A stretch of 64,000 nt of DNA, from the NCBI GenBank assembly GCA_037146775.1, contig JBAWWL010000005.1:33848-97847 (forward strand), in the 5' to 3' direction. The notes beneath the pieces were generated by a model. It ran no database searches and was not told where the DNA came from. It saw only the letters and a list, made by a program, of their open reading frames with translations. The translations under genes and the position numbers were made by a program. This document shows, in pieces, positions 45,608-54,285 of this stretch (position 1 is the first letter of the stretch; each line of letters opens with the position of its first letter). The stretch is from Candidatus Omnitrophota bacterium (GTDB lineage: Bacteria > Omnitrophota > Gorgyraeia > Duberdicusellales > 4484-171).

Positions 45608-47059
45608 ATGCACATATTTTGTATTTTTGCTATTCCTTTGTTGATGATGCTGGGGGCGCTAGGGATTAATAACATTCGTGTCTTGGGGCGCCTAAACGCT
45701 TTTGGCTATGCGGTGATATTGGGATACGCTGCCTTTCTGGCATATACCCTCAAGCAGCCGTTAGTGCTCTTTAATTTTTTCTATATAGACGCTTTAAGCG
45801 CTTTTTTTCTCTTTGTCATAGCTTTGGTTACTTCCGCTGCGGCACTTTTTTCCATAGAGTATATTGCCAAAGATCTTGCCGCGGGCGCTTTTTCGCAAAA
45901 AAAAGCCAAAGGGTACTACCTGCTTTTTAATTTGTTTTCTCTTTCCATGTTTTTTGTACCGGTAGTAAATAACCTGGGAATGGTATGGGTCGGTATCGAG
46001 CTCACTACGCTTGCCTCGGCGTTCTTGGTCGGTTTTTACAATAATAAAGCATCGCTTGAGGCGGCATGGAAATACATTATTATCTGTTCCGTGGGAATAA
46101 TTTTTGCTTTGTTTGGAACGATCATTTTTTATTATACCGCTTCACATCACGCCGGTATCAATAGTCTTAATTGGACCGACATGGCCGCCGGAGCCAAGAA
46201 TTTAAACGCCAACATAGTAAAAATCGCCTTTTTGTTCATTCTGGTGGGTTATGGCACCAAGGCCGGCCTCGCACCCATGCATACCTGGCTTCCCGACGCT
46301 CACAGCCAGGCGATTTCTCCGGTAAGCGCGATGCTTTCCGGCGTGCTATTAAAAACCGCTCTTTACGCGATCTTACGTTTTAATGTGATTACCAATATTT
46401 GTGTTGGCAGCCAATATACCTCAAGGCTTTTTATTTTGTTTGGGCTTATTTCTTTGGGGGTAGCCTGCCTTTTCCTTTTAGTGCAAAAACACATAAAAAG
46501 ATTTTTTGCCTACAGCAGCATCGAACACGTAGGAATAATCAGCGTGGGTTTCGGTATAGGAGGAAGTTTAGGGTTTTATGCCGCATTGTTGCATATTTTT
46601 AACCATGCGGTGACCAAGTCGTTGTTGTTTTTTGCCGCGGCAGATGTGGTAAAAAAATATAAAAAAGATAATATGCATATTATCAAAGGCGTCGTAAATG
46701 CCTTACCGTTTACCGGAATAATGCTTGTCTTGGGCATGTTTGCCATAGCGGGTATGCCCCCGTTTTCCATATTTTTTAGCGAGCTTTTGATATTGATTGC
46801 AGGGTTTTCAAAGGGCGCATACGCGGTTTCAAGCCTGCTTTTACTGTTTATAGTAGTTATTTTCGGCGCGATAATCTTTCATTTGAGCCAGATACTTTTC
46901 GGAAAAAAGCCGCAGGATATGCCGGTAGGTAGAGAAGCGGCCAGCAGCAAGCTCGCTTTTATTATTTTAATGATCTGTATGTGTGTGGTAGGTTTTAGGG
47001 TGCCGGCATTTTTACACAGCTTAATTTCACTAGCTGCAGCAGTATTAATGAAGGTATAG
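45608..47059 (+). CDS. NuoM/NuoN/HyfF-like antiporter-type membrane subunit
   Basis: 483 aa. PF00361 signature (WLPDAHSQAISPVSAMLSG). Confidence 0.8.
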   Translation: MHIFCIFAIPLLMMLGALGINNIRVLGRLNAFGYAVILGYAAFLAYTLKQPLVLFNFFYIDALSAFFLFVIALVTSAAALFSIEYIAKDLAAGAFSQKKAKGYYLLFNLFSLSMFFVPVVNNLGMVWVGIELTTLASAFLVGFYNNKASLEAAWKYIIICSVGIIFALFGTIIFYYTASHHAGINSLNWTDMAAGAKNLNANIVKIAFLFILVGYGTKAGLAPMHTWLPDAHSQAISPVSAMLSGVLLKTALYAILRFNVITNICVGSQYTSRLFILFGLISLGVACLFLLVQKHIKRFFAYSSIEHVGIISVGFGIGGSLGFYAALLHIFNHAVTKSLLFFAAADVVKKYKKDNMHIIKGVVNALPFTGIMLVLGMFAIAGMPPFSIFFSELLILIAGFSKGAYAVSSLLLLFIVVIFGAIIFHLSQILFGKKPQDMPVGREAASSKLAFIILMICMCVVGFRVPAFLHSLISLAAAVLMKV

Positions 47060-47060
47060 T

Positions 47061-48644
47061 ATGGTTTACCAAGATTTATTAAAAGGCATAGGGGAAATTT
47101 GCGGGATACAGCTGCTGGACGTTAGTGAGCGTTACCATGACGAAGTATACGTAAGCGTTCAGAAAGAAGATTTTAAAAAAGCCTGTATAGCGCTGCATAA
47201 ATACCTGCGTTCTCCGGTCATGACGCAGTTTGCCTTAGACAACCGCCAGGAACAGAAAGTTTTTGTTCTGTATTGCGGTTTTATGAGTATAAGATACAAA
47301 AAATGGGTTTTTGTGGTTACTGAAATTCCGGCTGATACCGCGCAATTCGATTCTCTGTCTAAAGAACTCTATTCAGCTACTTTGTTTGAGCGCGAAATTA
47401 AAGAAATGTTTGGCATAGAGCCATGTAACAGTCCCGATACGCGCAGCTTGCGGTTGCATGACGAAGTCTGGCCGAGAGGCCAGTACCCTTTAAGAAAAGA
47501 TTTTAAGACAGGTTTGTCCCAAGCTAATTTATTGGGAGAATATGCTTTTGCTAAAGTTGAGGGTGAGGGCATTTTTGAGGTTCCGGTCGGCCCGGTCCAT
47601 GCGGGTATTATCGCGCCCGGGCATTTTCGTTTTAGCTCGGCAGGCGAGCCGATTATCAATTTGGAAATCAGGCTCGGTTTTACGCATAGAGGAGTAGAAA
47701 AACTTTTTGAAGGTAAAAATATTTTCGAAGCAATAAAGCTTTCGGAGTGTGTCGCGGGCGACGCCGCCTTCGGCCACAGTTGGTCATTTTGCCAGGCAAT
47801 TGAAAAAAACTGCGGCGTAACTGTGCCGAAAAATTCTTCGGCTGCCCGGGCAATCCTTTTAGAGCTGGAGCGGATGTATAATCACGTAAACGATATAGGC
47901 GGTATCGCCATTGATGTGGGGTTTAGTTTTCCTGCGGCTTACGCTTCTTTAATGAAAGAAACGATATTACAATTAAACGAGAAAATTACCGGCAGCCGCT
48001 ACCTAAAAGGAGCGAACACGATAGGCGGAGTAAACTTTGATTTAAACGAAGAAAAGAAAAGACTCATTAAAAGCTCTTTAGGTGCCTTTGCGAAAGATTT
48101 CGAAGAGCTTAAAAACATATTGTTTTCCAGTGTTTCTTTTATGGACAGGGTAGATGGCACCGGTATATTGAGGAAAAAAACCGCAGAGGATTTTGGCGTG
48201 GTAGGCCTTTGTGCCAGAGCCTCCGGGATAGCCGCGGATTTGAGAAAAGATTTTACCGGCATATATGATAAAGTTAAGTTTCATTCAGAGAAACAGGAAA
48301 CAGGGGATGTTTTGGCCAGACTGAATCTGCGGATTCTTGAATGCGAAGAATCTATGCGTTTAATAGAACAATTTTTGCGTATCGTAGGTGGGTCAGAGAA
48401 TAAAATCTTAATCAGGCCGCAACCCAAGGCAGGTTTTGCTTTGGGGTACATAGAAAGCTGGCGCGGCCCGGTGCTCTATTGGGTTAAGATCGATGCTCAA
48501 GGTTTTATTGAACGCTGTAAGATTGTCGACCCTTCATTTCATAACTGGCCGGCTCTTGCGTACGCGGTGTTAGGTAATATTATTCCCGATTTTCCTTTGT
48601 GTAACAAGAGTTTCGATCTGTCATATGCGGGTAACGACCTATAG
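47061..48644 (+). CDS. fused NuoC-NuoD-like / group-4 hydrogenase large-subunit-like protein lacking all four NiFe-ligating cysteines
   Basis: N-terminal 30-kDa-subunit-like domain. GPVHAGIIAPGHFRF block. L1 position reads SECVAGDAAFGH instead of ERxCGxCxxxH. C-terminus SFDLSYAGNDL instead of DPCxxCxxR. Confidence 0.75.
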   Translation: MVYQDLLKGIGEICGIQLLDVSERYHDEVYVSVQKEDFKKACIALHKYLRSPVMTQFALDNRQEQKVFVLYCGFMSIRYKKWVFVVTEIPADTAQFDSLSKELYSATLFEREIKEMFGIEPCNSPDTRSLRLHDEVWPRGQYPLRKDFKTGLSQANLLGEYAFAKVEGEGIFEVPVGPVHAGIIAPGHFRFSSAGEPIINLEIRLGFTHRGVEKLFEGKNIFEAIKLSECVAGDAAFGHSWSFCQAIEKNCGVTVPKNSSAARAILLELERMYNHVNDIGGIAIDVGFSFPAAYASLMKETILQLNEKITGSRYLKGANTIGGVNFDLNEEKKRLIKSSLGAFAKDFEELKNILFSSVSFMDRVDGTGILRKKTAEDFGVVGLCARASGIAADLRKDFTGIYDKVKFHSEKQETGDVLARLNLRILECEESMRLIEQFLRIVGGSENKILIRPQPKAGFALGYIESWRGPVLYWVKIDAQGFIERCKIVDPSFHNWPALAYAVLGNIIPDFPLCNKSFDLSYAGNDL

Positions 48645-48650
48645 AGAAAC

Positions 48651-48724
48651 GATTACACAGATTTTTAGGAATGATTACACAGATTGAGAAATCAGTGTAA
48701 TCTGCATTTAATCGGTGTAATCTT
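48651..48724. promoter_or_regulatory. array of four GATTACAC boxes (two direct, two inverted; 20-22 nt phasing) between the large- and small-subunit genes
   Basis: gattacacagatt at 48651 and 48673. cagtgtaatctg at 48693. cggtgtaatctt at 48713. Confidence 0.55.
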
Positions 48725-48735
48725 ATTTAAAAAAT

Positions 48736-49272
48736 ATGATTCAGATACTTAAAAACAGATTGATAAAAGGCATCGTATCGCAGCCGGTTGAGCTAAAATC
48801 TTTAGTCAAAGATAATCTTGCTGCCGTGGAGCTTGAATCTGTTGGTTCGGAGCTGCAAAAATTAATACGCAAAAAATTCGGCAGGTCTTTACATATCAGG
48901 GAAGTAGACACCGGTTCCTGCGGCGCCTGCGATTCGGAAATAATTTCTACTACTAATCCCCTGTATGATGTGCAGCGTTTCGGTGTCAATTTTGTCGCTT
49001 CGCCCCGTCATGCTGACGCGCTTATGGTTACCGGGCCGGTATCAAAAAATATGCTTGGCGCTTTAAAAAAAACCTATGGGGCTATGCCGGAGCCAAAGTT
49101 TGTAATTACTGTCGGAGATTGCGCTCTTGCCGGAGGGGTATTTAAAGATTCTTATTATACCGCCGGCGGCGTTAATGCGATTCTCCCGGTTGCTCTGCAT
49201 ATTCCGGGTTGTCCGCCAAAACCATTGGAAATAATCACTTCACTGCTTACATTTCTTTCCTGTTGTAAATAA
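48736..49272 (+). CDS. NuoB/HycG-like small subunit with intact [4Fe-4S] ligands
   Basis: GSCGACDSE, GDCALAGG and HIPGCPP motifs. Confidence 0.8.
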   Translation: MIQILKNRLIKGIVSQPVELKSLVKDNLAAVELESVGSELQKLIRKKFGRSLHIREVDTGSCGACDSEIISTTNPLYDVQRFGVNFVASPRHADALMVTGPVSKNMLGALKKTYGAMPEPKFVITVGDCALAGGVFKDSYYTAGGVNAILPVALHIPGCPPKPLEIITSLLTFLSCCK

Positions 49273-49324
49273 CAGCCTTGTGACTTGCTTATTTTTCTAC
49301 TGATGATATATTGGCGCTACGTAT

Positions 49325-50494
49325 ATGAAAAAACAACATATCCATCAATCTGAGCAAAAAAATAATAAGTTTCCTTTTAACGCAATCAAAATCGCTATGT
49401 TCTATGCTATTGTTTTTGTTCTTTTGGCCATTACGGTGTACCTGGCCTGGGTTAACCACAGTAATTTCGAAGATGCCATGATAACTCAGGCGCATAATCA
49501 ACTTTTCCTTATTGCTAAATCGCAGGCGCAGAGCATTGAAGAACATATGGGTGATATTTATGAAGAGTTATCAATAACATCGCAGCAGCCGGCAGTTCAC
49601 GATTTTCTTAAGCAAAAAACACAACGATCTTCCACGGCAGCCCGAGAGAGCTTATTAAGTGCTGCATATAAAGATATACAAAAATTAACCGACTCACTAT
49701 GTTTACTAAACGCAGAAGGAATTGTAGTAGACGCTATGCCGGTTGGTATTATTTCCGTCGGCGATGACTTATCTTCGTTGGCTGAGATAAAAAGTATTAC
49801 CATGCAGCCGCAGGCTGTTTTCAGCAATGTATTTAAGCTTACAAACGGAAAATTGGCAATTGCTTATACGTATCCCGTTATTGATCAAGGCCGGTTCATA
49901 GGCTCGCTCAGAACAGTTATTGTATTAGAGAGGATCCAGCGTCTGGTAGATCATATTAACCGGATCGGAAAAATAAAAGCCTTGGTTGTCGGTTCCGGCC
50001 AGACGCTTATTGTCTATCCTGACTCGCAGTATGTAGGAAAGAATTTTACTTCTGTAATAAAGGAAAGAGCCTTCCGTTCCGGTAGTTTTGATCCGGCTAT
50101 GCTTGCAGAAAAGATGAGCAAGGGCGAAGAAGGGAAGGGGGTTGTGTATTGTTTCTTCGATCAAGTTGCACATATTGAAAAAAACTTGATTGCGTTTATT
50201 CCTATCCATCTTGGCAAAGAGGTATGGTCGATAGCGGCCTTTATGCCATATCAGGAAATCGCCGGCCCCATTCATCGAAACGTGCTCGATAATATTCTTT
50301 TTGTCGGACTTATCTTGCTTATTTTTGTGATAGTCGGTACGGTGATATATATCATGCAGCAAAAAAAAGTAAAGCTCGAAGTCGAAACTCTGGCGCTCAA
50401 TATCATTAATCGCCAGTTACATTCGGATATTAGCGAGCGTAAACGCATAGAAGAAGAGTTCTATAAATCCTTCGGTCGGAAGCCGCGAAAATGA
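49325..50494 (+). CDS. membrane sensor-domain protein (dCache-like periplasmic domain, second TM helix, no output domain)
   Basis: TM1 residues about 25-43. About 260-aa extracytoplasmic domain. TM2 (ILFVGLILLIFVIVGTVIYIM). Ends after a short coiled coil. Confidence 0.5.
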   Translation: MKKQHIHQSEQKNNKFPFNAIKIAMFYAIVFVLLAITVYLAWVNHSNFEDAMITQAHNQLFLIAKSQAQSIEEHMGDIYEELSITSQQPAVHDFLKQKTQRSSTAARESLLSAAYKDIQKLTDSLCLLNAEGIVVDAMPVGIISVGDDLSSLAEIKSITMQPQAVFSNVFKLTNGKLAIAYTYPVIDQGRFIGSLRTVIVLERIQRLVDHINRIGKIKALVVGSGQTLIVYPDSQYVGKNFTSVIKERAFRSGSFDPAMLAEKMSKGEEGKGVVYCFFDQVAHIEKNLIAFIPIHLGKEVWSIAAFMPYQEIAGPIHRNVLDNILFVGLILLIFVIVGTVIYIMQQKKVKLEVETLALNIINRQLHSDISERKRIEEEFYKSFGRKPRK

Positions 50495-50543
50495 TTACGA
50501 TGACATCTTTTTTGTCATAGCCAAAAAACTTTAATTTTTTTTC

Positions 50544-50571
50544 TTGACAAATGATACTAATATGGTATCAT
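50544..50571 (+). promoter_or_regulatory. sigma70-type promoter (TTGACA-16-TATCAT) with embedded palindrome GATACtaatatgGTATC
   Basis: Exact -35. 5/6 -10. Palindrome 50553-50569 within the spacer. Confidence 0.45.
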
Positions 50572-50593
50572 TATAGTGAAAAGGAGGTGTGCC

Positions 50594-50677
50594 ATGAGGA
50601 TAACTATAAGGTATATGTTGCGTCCGGTAGCTCACTGTAAAGAAGGTTGTAGTACGTTGTCCCGGGCAAGACGTTAA
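50594..50677 (+). CDS. 27-aa upstream ORF (possible leader peptide) MRITIRYMLRPVAHCKEGCSTLSRARR
   Basis: AAGGAGG SD 6 nt upstream. Lies between the promoter and the rrf2 gene. Confidence 0.2.
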   Translation: MRITIRYMLRPVAHCKEGCSTLSRARR

Positions 50678-50730
50678 ACTGCCCACCCGTCTTAAAATAT
50701 TGCGATACTATAAAAACAGAAAAGGAAACA

Positions 50731-51129
50731 ATGAAACTAATTACTCGTAACACCGACTATGCTCTGAGATCTATATGTTTTATCGCCCGGCACGAAGAAA
50801 GAACGATTTCGGTTTCGGAATTGGTAAAAGAATTAAAAATACCCCGATCATTCTTAAGAAAGATTCTGCAGATATTGACCAAAAAAGAAATTCTTAAATC
50901 GGCGAGAGGTTTGGGGGGGGGATTTTTGTTGGCTGTACCAACACGCAAGATTCTACTGACAGATTTGATTAAAATATTTCAAGGCCAGTTGAATCTAAAC
51001 GAATGTTTTTTTAAAAAAATGCCATGCCCGAATATGGAAAAATGTATTTTAAGGAAAAAAATAAGTAAAATCGAGCGATATGTATTACGTGAATTGAAAA
51101 CTATTACCATAGCTTCTTTATTGGGATAA
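50731..51129 (+). CDS. Rrf2-family transcriptional regulator with three-Cys Fe-S ligation motif
   Basis: N-terminal wHTH (TDYALRSICFIA). C(103)-x5-C-x5-C pattern (NECFFKKMPCPNMEKC) like IscR/NsrR. Confidence 0.8.
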   Translation: MKLITRNTDYALRSICFIARHEERTISVSELVKELKIPRSFLRKILQILTKKEILKSARGLGGGFLLAVPTRKILLTDLIKIFQGQLNLNECFFKKMPCPNMEKCILRKKISKIERYVLRELKTITIASLLG

Positions 51130-51132
51130 AAC

Positions 51133-51951
51133 ATGGCAAAAAGAAAAATTATTAAAATTGATGAAAAAAAATGTAATGGCTGCGGCCTGTGTATACCGAA
51201 TTGTCCGGAAGGTGCTATCCAGGTTATCAATAATAAAGCGCGTTTAATCAGTGATATATGCTGCGATGGTTTAGGCGCCTGCATCGGTTACTGTCCGCTT
51301 GGTGCAATTACTATTGAAGAAAGAGAAGCCAAAGCTTACGATGAATGGCAGGTAATGGAACAAATGATAAAACAGGGAGAAGAGGTAATAAAAGCGCATC
51401 TCAAACATCTTAAAGAGCACAATCAGGAGAGTTACTTACAGCAAGCCTTAAATTTTTTAAAAGAAAAGAATATAACCGTGTCTATAGATGATAAAAACGA
51501 CAATAAAGCTTGTGCTTGTTCCGGAAGCCAAAGTAGAGATTTGAGTAAGCGGACAGCTTCGTTTTCCGGCACGGTTACTACAGGTTCACAATTAAGGCAA
51601 TGGCCTATTCAACTACATTTGATCAATCCGGCCGCGCATTATTTTAAAAATGCAGACTTACTTATTGCGGCAGATTGTACGCCGTTTACTTTTTCTAACT
51701 TCCATGAACGTTTTTTGAAAGGAAAGATACTTCTTATTTGTTGCCCGAAACTGGATCAAACAAAAGAGTTGTACATAGAAAAATTGACTCAGCTATTCAG
51801 AGATAACGCAATAAAATCAATAACTGTTGTGCACATGGAAGTTCCCTGTTGTTTTGGCTTGGTGAATATAGTTCAAGAGGCGGTGAATCAATCTCAAGAA
51901 AACATGCTTATTAAAGAATACAATATTTCTATCGGTGGAGAAATATTATGA
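51133..51951 (+). CDS. 2x[4Fe-4S] ferredoxin-domain protein with Cys-rich C-terminal domain
   Basis: CNGCGLCIPNCP and CCDGLGACIGYCP cluster motifs. C-terminal CC pairs (ICCPK, VPCCFG). Confidence 0.65.
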   Translation: MAKRKIIKIDEKKCNGCGLCIPNCPEGAIQVINNKARLISDICCDGLGACIGYCPLGAITIEEREAKAYDEWQVMEQMIKQGEEVIKAHLKHLKEHNQESYLQQALNFLKEKNITVSIDDKNDNKACACSGSQSRDLSKRTASFSGTVTTGSQLRQWPIQLHLINPAAHYFKNADLLIAADCTPFTFSNFHERFLKGKILLICCPKLDQTKELYIEKLTQLFRDNAIKSITVVHMEVPCCFGLVNIVQEAVNQSQENMLIKEYNISIGGEIL

Positions 51952-52132
51952 AAATATTTAAGGGGAGATTTTGAAAAATTATTTGATGTGTGGGGTTGCA
52001 AGGTTTATCTCGATGTATCTGAATACTCGGAAAATCTCTCCGATATTTTCCGAGAATACATCGAGATCAATTCAACTAAGTGTTTTTTAGGCAAGGCGCC
52101 GAAAAAACACAAGTTTCATTGAGGAGGTTGTT

Positions 52133-53800
52133 ATGGCAATGTTTTGTCGGCAATGTGAGCAGACTGCCCGGGGAACGGGTTGTAATGTGAAAGGTGTTTG
52201 CGGAAAAAACGAAGATGTAGCCAAACTGCAGGATGTACTTGTGCACAGCCTGAAAGCCATTGCCATATATGGCAATTTAGCGCGCCAGCTGGGAGTAAAA
52301 GACAGGACAGTAGATCATTTTATGATGCAAGGGCTGTTTACTACCGTAACCAATGTGAATTTTTCTCTTCAACGTATTGCCGAGATGATTTATAAATCTC
52401 AAGAAATAAAACAAAAGATAAAAAAGCTGTTTTTGGAAGAACACAAAAAGAAAAACAATAACAATTTTACAGAAACTTTGCCGGATCTAATAAGCTGGGA
52501 GCCGGCAAGTTTCTTGGACGGCCTGCTGCTTCAGGCTCAGCGGGTAGGAATTTCGTCTGGTGAAATAAGCGATGATCTGCGCAGCCTTCAGGAAATGCTC
52601 CTTTACGGGTTAAAGGGAATGGCTGCTTATGCGGATCACGCCTTTATATTAGGTAAAGAAAGTGAAGAAGTAAATGCATTCTTTTTCAAGGCTTTAGCTG
52701 CCCTCAGTAATAATCGGCTCGTCGCTGGAGACTACCTGGCATTATTAATGGAGTGCGGCACGGTAAATTTGAAATGTATGGAAATGCTCGATCAGGCACA
52801 TAATGAACATTTTGGAGCTCCTGTGCCGACTCAGGTTACATTAGGAGTAAGAAAGGGGCCCGCGATTATTGTTTCCGGGCATGATTTGTATGATTTAGAA
52901 CAACTTCTTGAGCAAACAAAGGATAAGGGAATTAATATATATACGCACGGAGAAATGCTTGCCGCTCACGGTTATCCCGGATTGAAAAAATATAAACATT
53001 TAGCCGGACATTTTGGTACTGCCTGGCAAAATCAGCAGAAAGAATTTGATAATATCGCGGCGGTAATATTGATGACAACCAATTGTATTCAGGAGCCGAA
53101 AGTATCCTACAAAGACAGGATATTTACCACTGGCTTAGTTGCCTGGCCGGATGTTATGCATATTGAAGAAAAAGCAGGGAATAAAGATTTCAGCCCGCTT
53201 ATTGTAAAAGCAACACAGCTTGGCGGTTTTATAAATGATTCAATAGAAAAAGAAATTACCGTAGGATTTGGGCATCATGCTGTCTTGGCCGCCGCTGATA
53301 AAATTATTAGCGCAGTCAATGCCGGCCAGATTAAACATTTTTTCTTAATCGGCGGTTGCGACGGCGCAAAGCCTGGAAGGAACTATTACACCGATTTTGC
53401 GCAAAAAGTTCCCAAGGATTGCATGATCCTGACCCTTGCGTGCGGAAAATTTCGTTTTAACCGGCTCGATTTTGGTACAATCGGAGTGTTTCCGAGGTTA
53501 TTGGATTGCGGTCAATGCAACGACGCATATTCTGCGATAAAAATAGCCGTGGCTTTAGCTAATGCATTCAAGTGCAGCGTTAATGAATTACCCCTTTCGC
53601 TAATTCTTTCCTGGTATGAACAAAAAGCAGTGGTTATATTGCTTACTCTATTATCCCTGGGTATAAAAAATATCCGTCTCGGTCCAAGCTTGCCGGCATT
53701 CGTTTCGGCTGGTATACTAAAAATACTGGTAGAACAGTTTGATATAAAACCAATTACTACCGCCGACAACGATCTCAAGGAGATATTGAAAGCGGTATGA
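52133..53800 (+). CDS. hcp: hybrid-cluster protein (hydroxylamine reductase)
   Basis: N-terminal MFCRQCEQT...GCNVKGVCGK Cys motif. 555 aa. Conserved Hcp blocks throughout. Confidence 0.9.
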   Translation: MAMFCRQCEQTARGTGCNVKGVCGKNEDVAKLQDVLVHSLKAIAIYGNLARQLGVKDRTVDHFMMQGLFTTVTNVNFSLQRIAEMIYKSQEIKQKIKKLFLEEHKKKNNNNFTETLPDLISWEPASFLDGLLLQAQRVGISSGEISDDLRSLQEMLLYGLKGMAAYADHAFILGKESEEVNAFFFKALAALSNNRLVAGDYLALLMECGTVNLKCMEMLDQAHNEHFGAPVPTQVTLGVRKGPAIIVSGHDLYDLEQLLEQTKDKGINIYTHGEMLAAHGYPGLKKYKHLAGHFGTAWQNQQKEFDNIAAVILMTTNCIQEPKVSYKDRIFTTGLVAWPDVMHIEEKAGNKDFSPLIVKATQLGGFINDSIEKEITVGFGHHAVLAAADKIISAVNAGQIKHFFLIGGCDGAKPGRNYYTDFAQKVPKDCMILTLACGKFRFNRLDFGTIGVFPRLLDCGQCNDAYSAIKIAVALANAFKCSVNELPLSLILSWYEQKAVVILLTLLSLGIKNIRLGPSLPAFVSAGILKILVEQFDIKPITTADNDLKEILKAV

Positions 53801-53840
53801 TGGTTGGAGGATCGTCACTATTATCTGAAGGAGGTATGCT

Positions 53841-54152
53841 ATGATGATGCCAATGGCAAAATTGCATGGTTTCGCTATGTTTGTTCCGGCTACTCTCTTG
53901 TTGACCGTGAGTTTTTTTGTGCTCGTACAGCTTCGTAAAATCGAAGAGCAAGGGCTAAAATTTTTTGGACATGCGGTCGTTGTACTCCTGTGGCTAAGCG
54001 CGGCGCTCATCTTTTCTACGGGCATGTATAATACATCGAAATGTTGTTCTATGATGTCCGAACGTCAGGGGATGATGGGGCACTCAATGAAATCTATGGG
54101 TAAATGTATGGACAAGACAGGAATGCCGGCAGAAATGAAAGTGCAACAATAA
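53841..54152 (+). CDS. small membrane protein with Met/His/Cys-rich C-terminal tail
   Basis: Two TM helices. Tail KCCSMMSERQGMMGHSMKSMGKCMDKTGMP. GAAGGAGG SD. Confidence 0.4.
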   Translation: MMMPMAKLHGFAMFVPATLLLTVSFFVLVQLRKIEEQGLKFFGHAVVVLLWLSAALIFSTGMYNTSKCCSMMSERQGMMGHSMKSMGKCMDKTGMPAEMKVQQ

Positions 54153-54285
54153 TGTTGTACTGCATGCGCATTTTTGAGAAGATTAACGGGAATAAGAAAA
54201 CCGGGACGACAGTGTTGACGAGTAATGCATGATAACCAATATTTGTTGTGGTTAAGAGATAAAAAACAGAAGCATAGGAGGGATT

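Noticed and set aside
47061-48644. Calling the large subunit a functional [NiFe] hydrogenase (HycE/HyfG)
   Set aside because: All four Ni-Fe ligating Cys positions are substituted (L1: A and D; L2: S and G). No hyp maturation genes in the window. The complex is therefore annotated as hydrogenase-related (Ehr-type), not as a hydrogenase.
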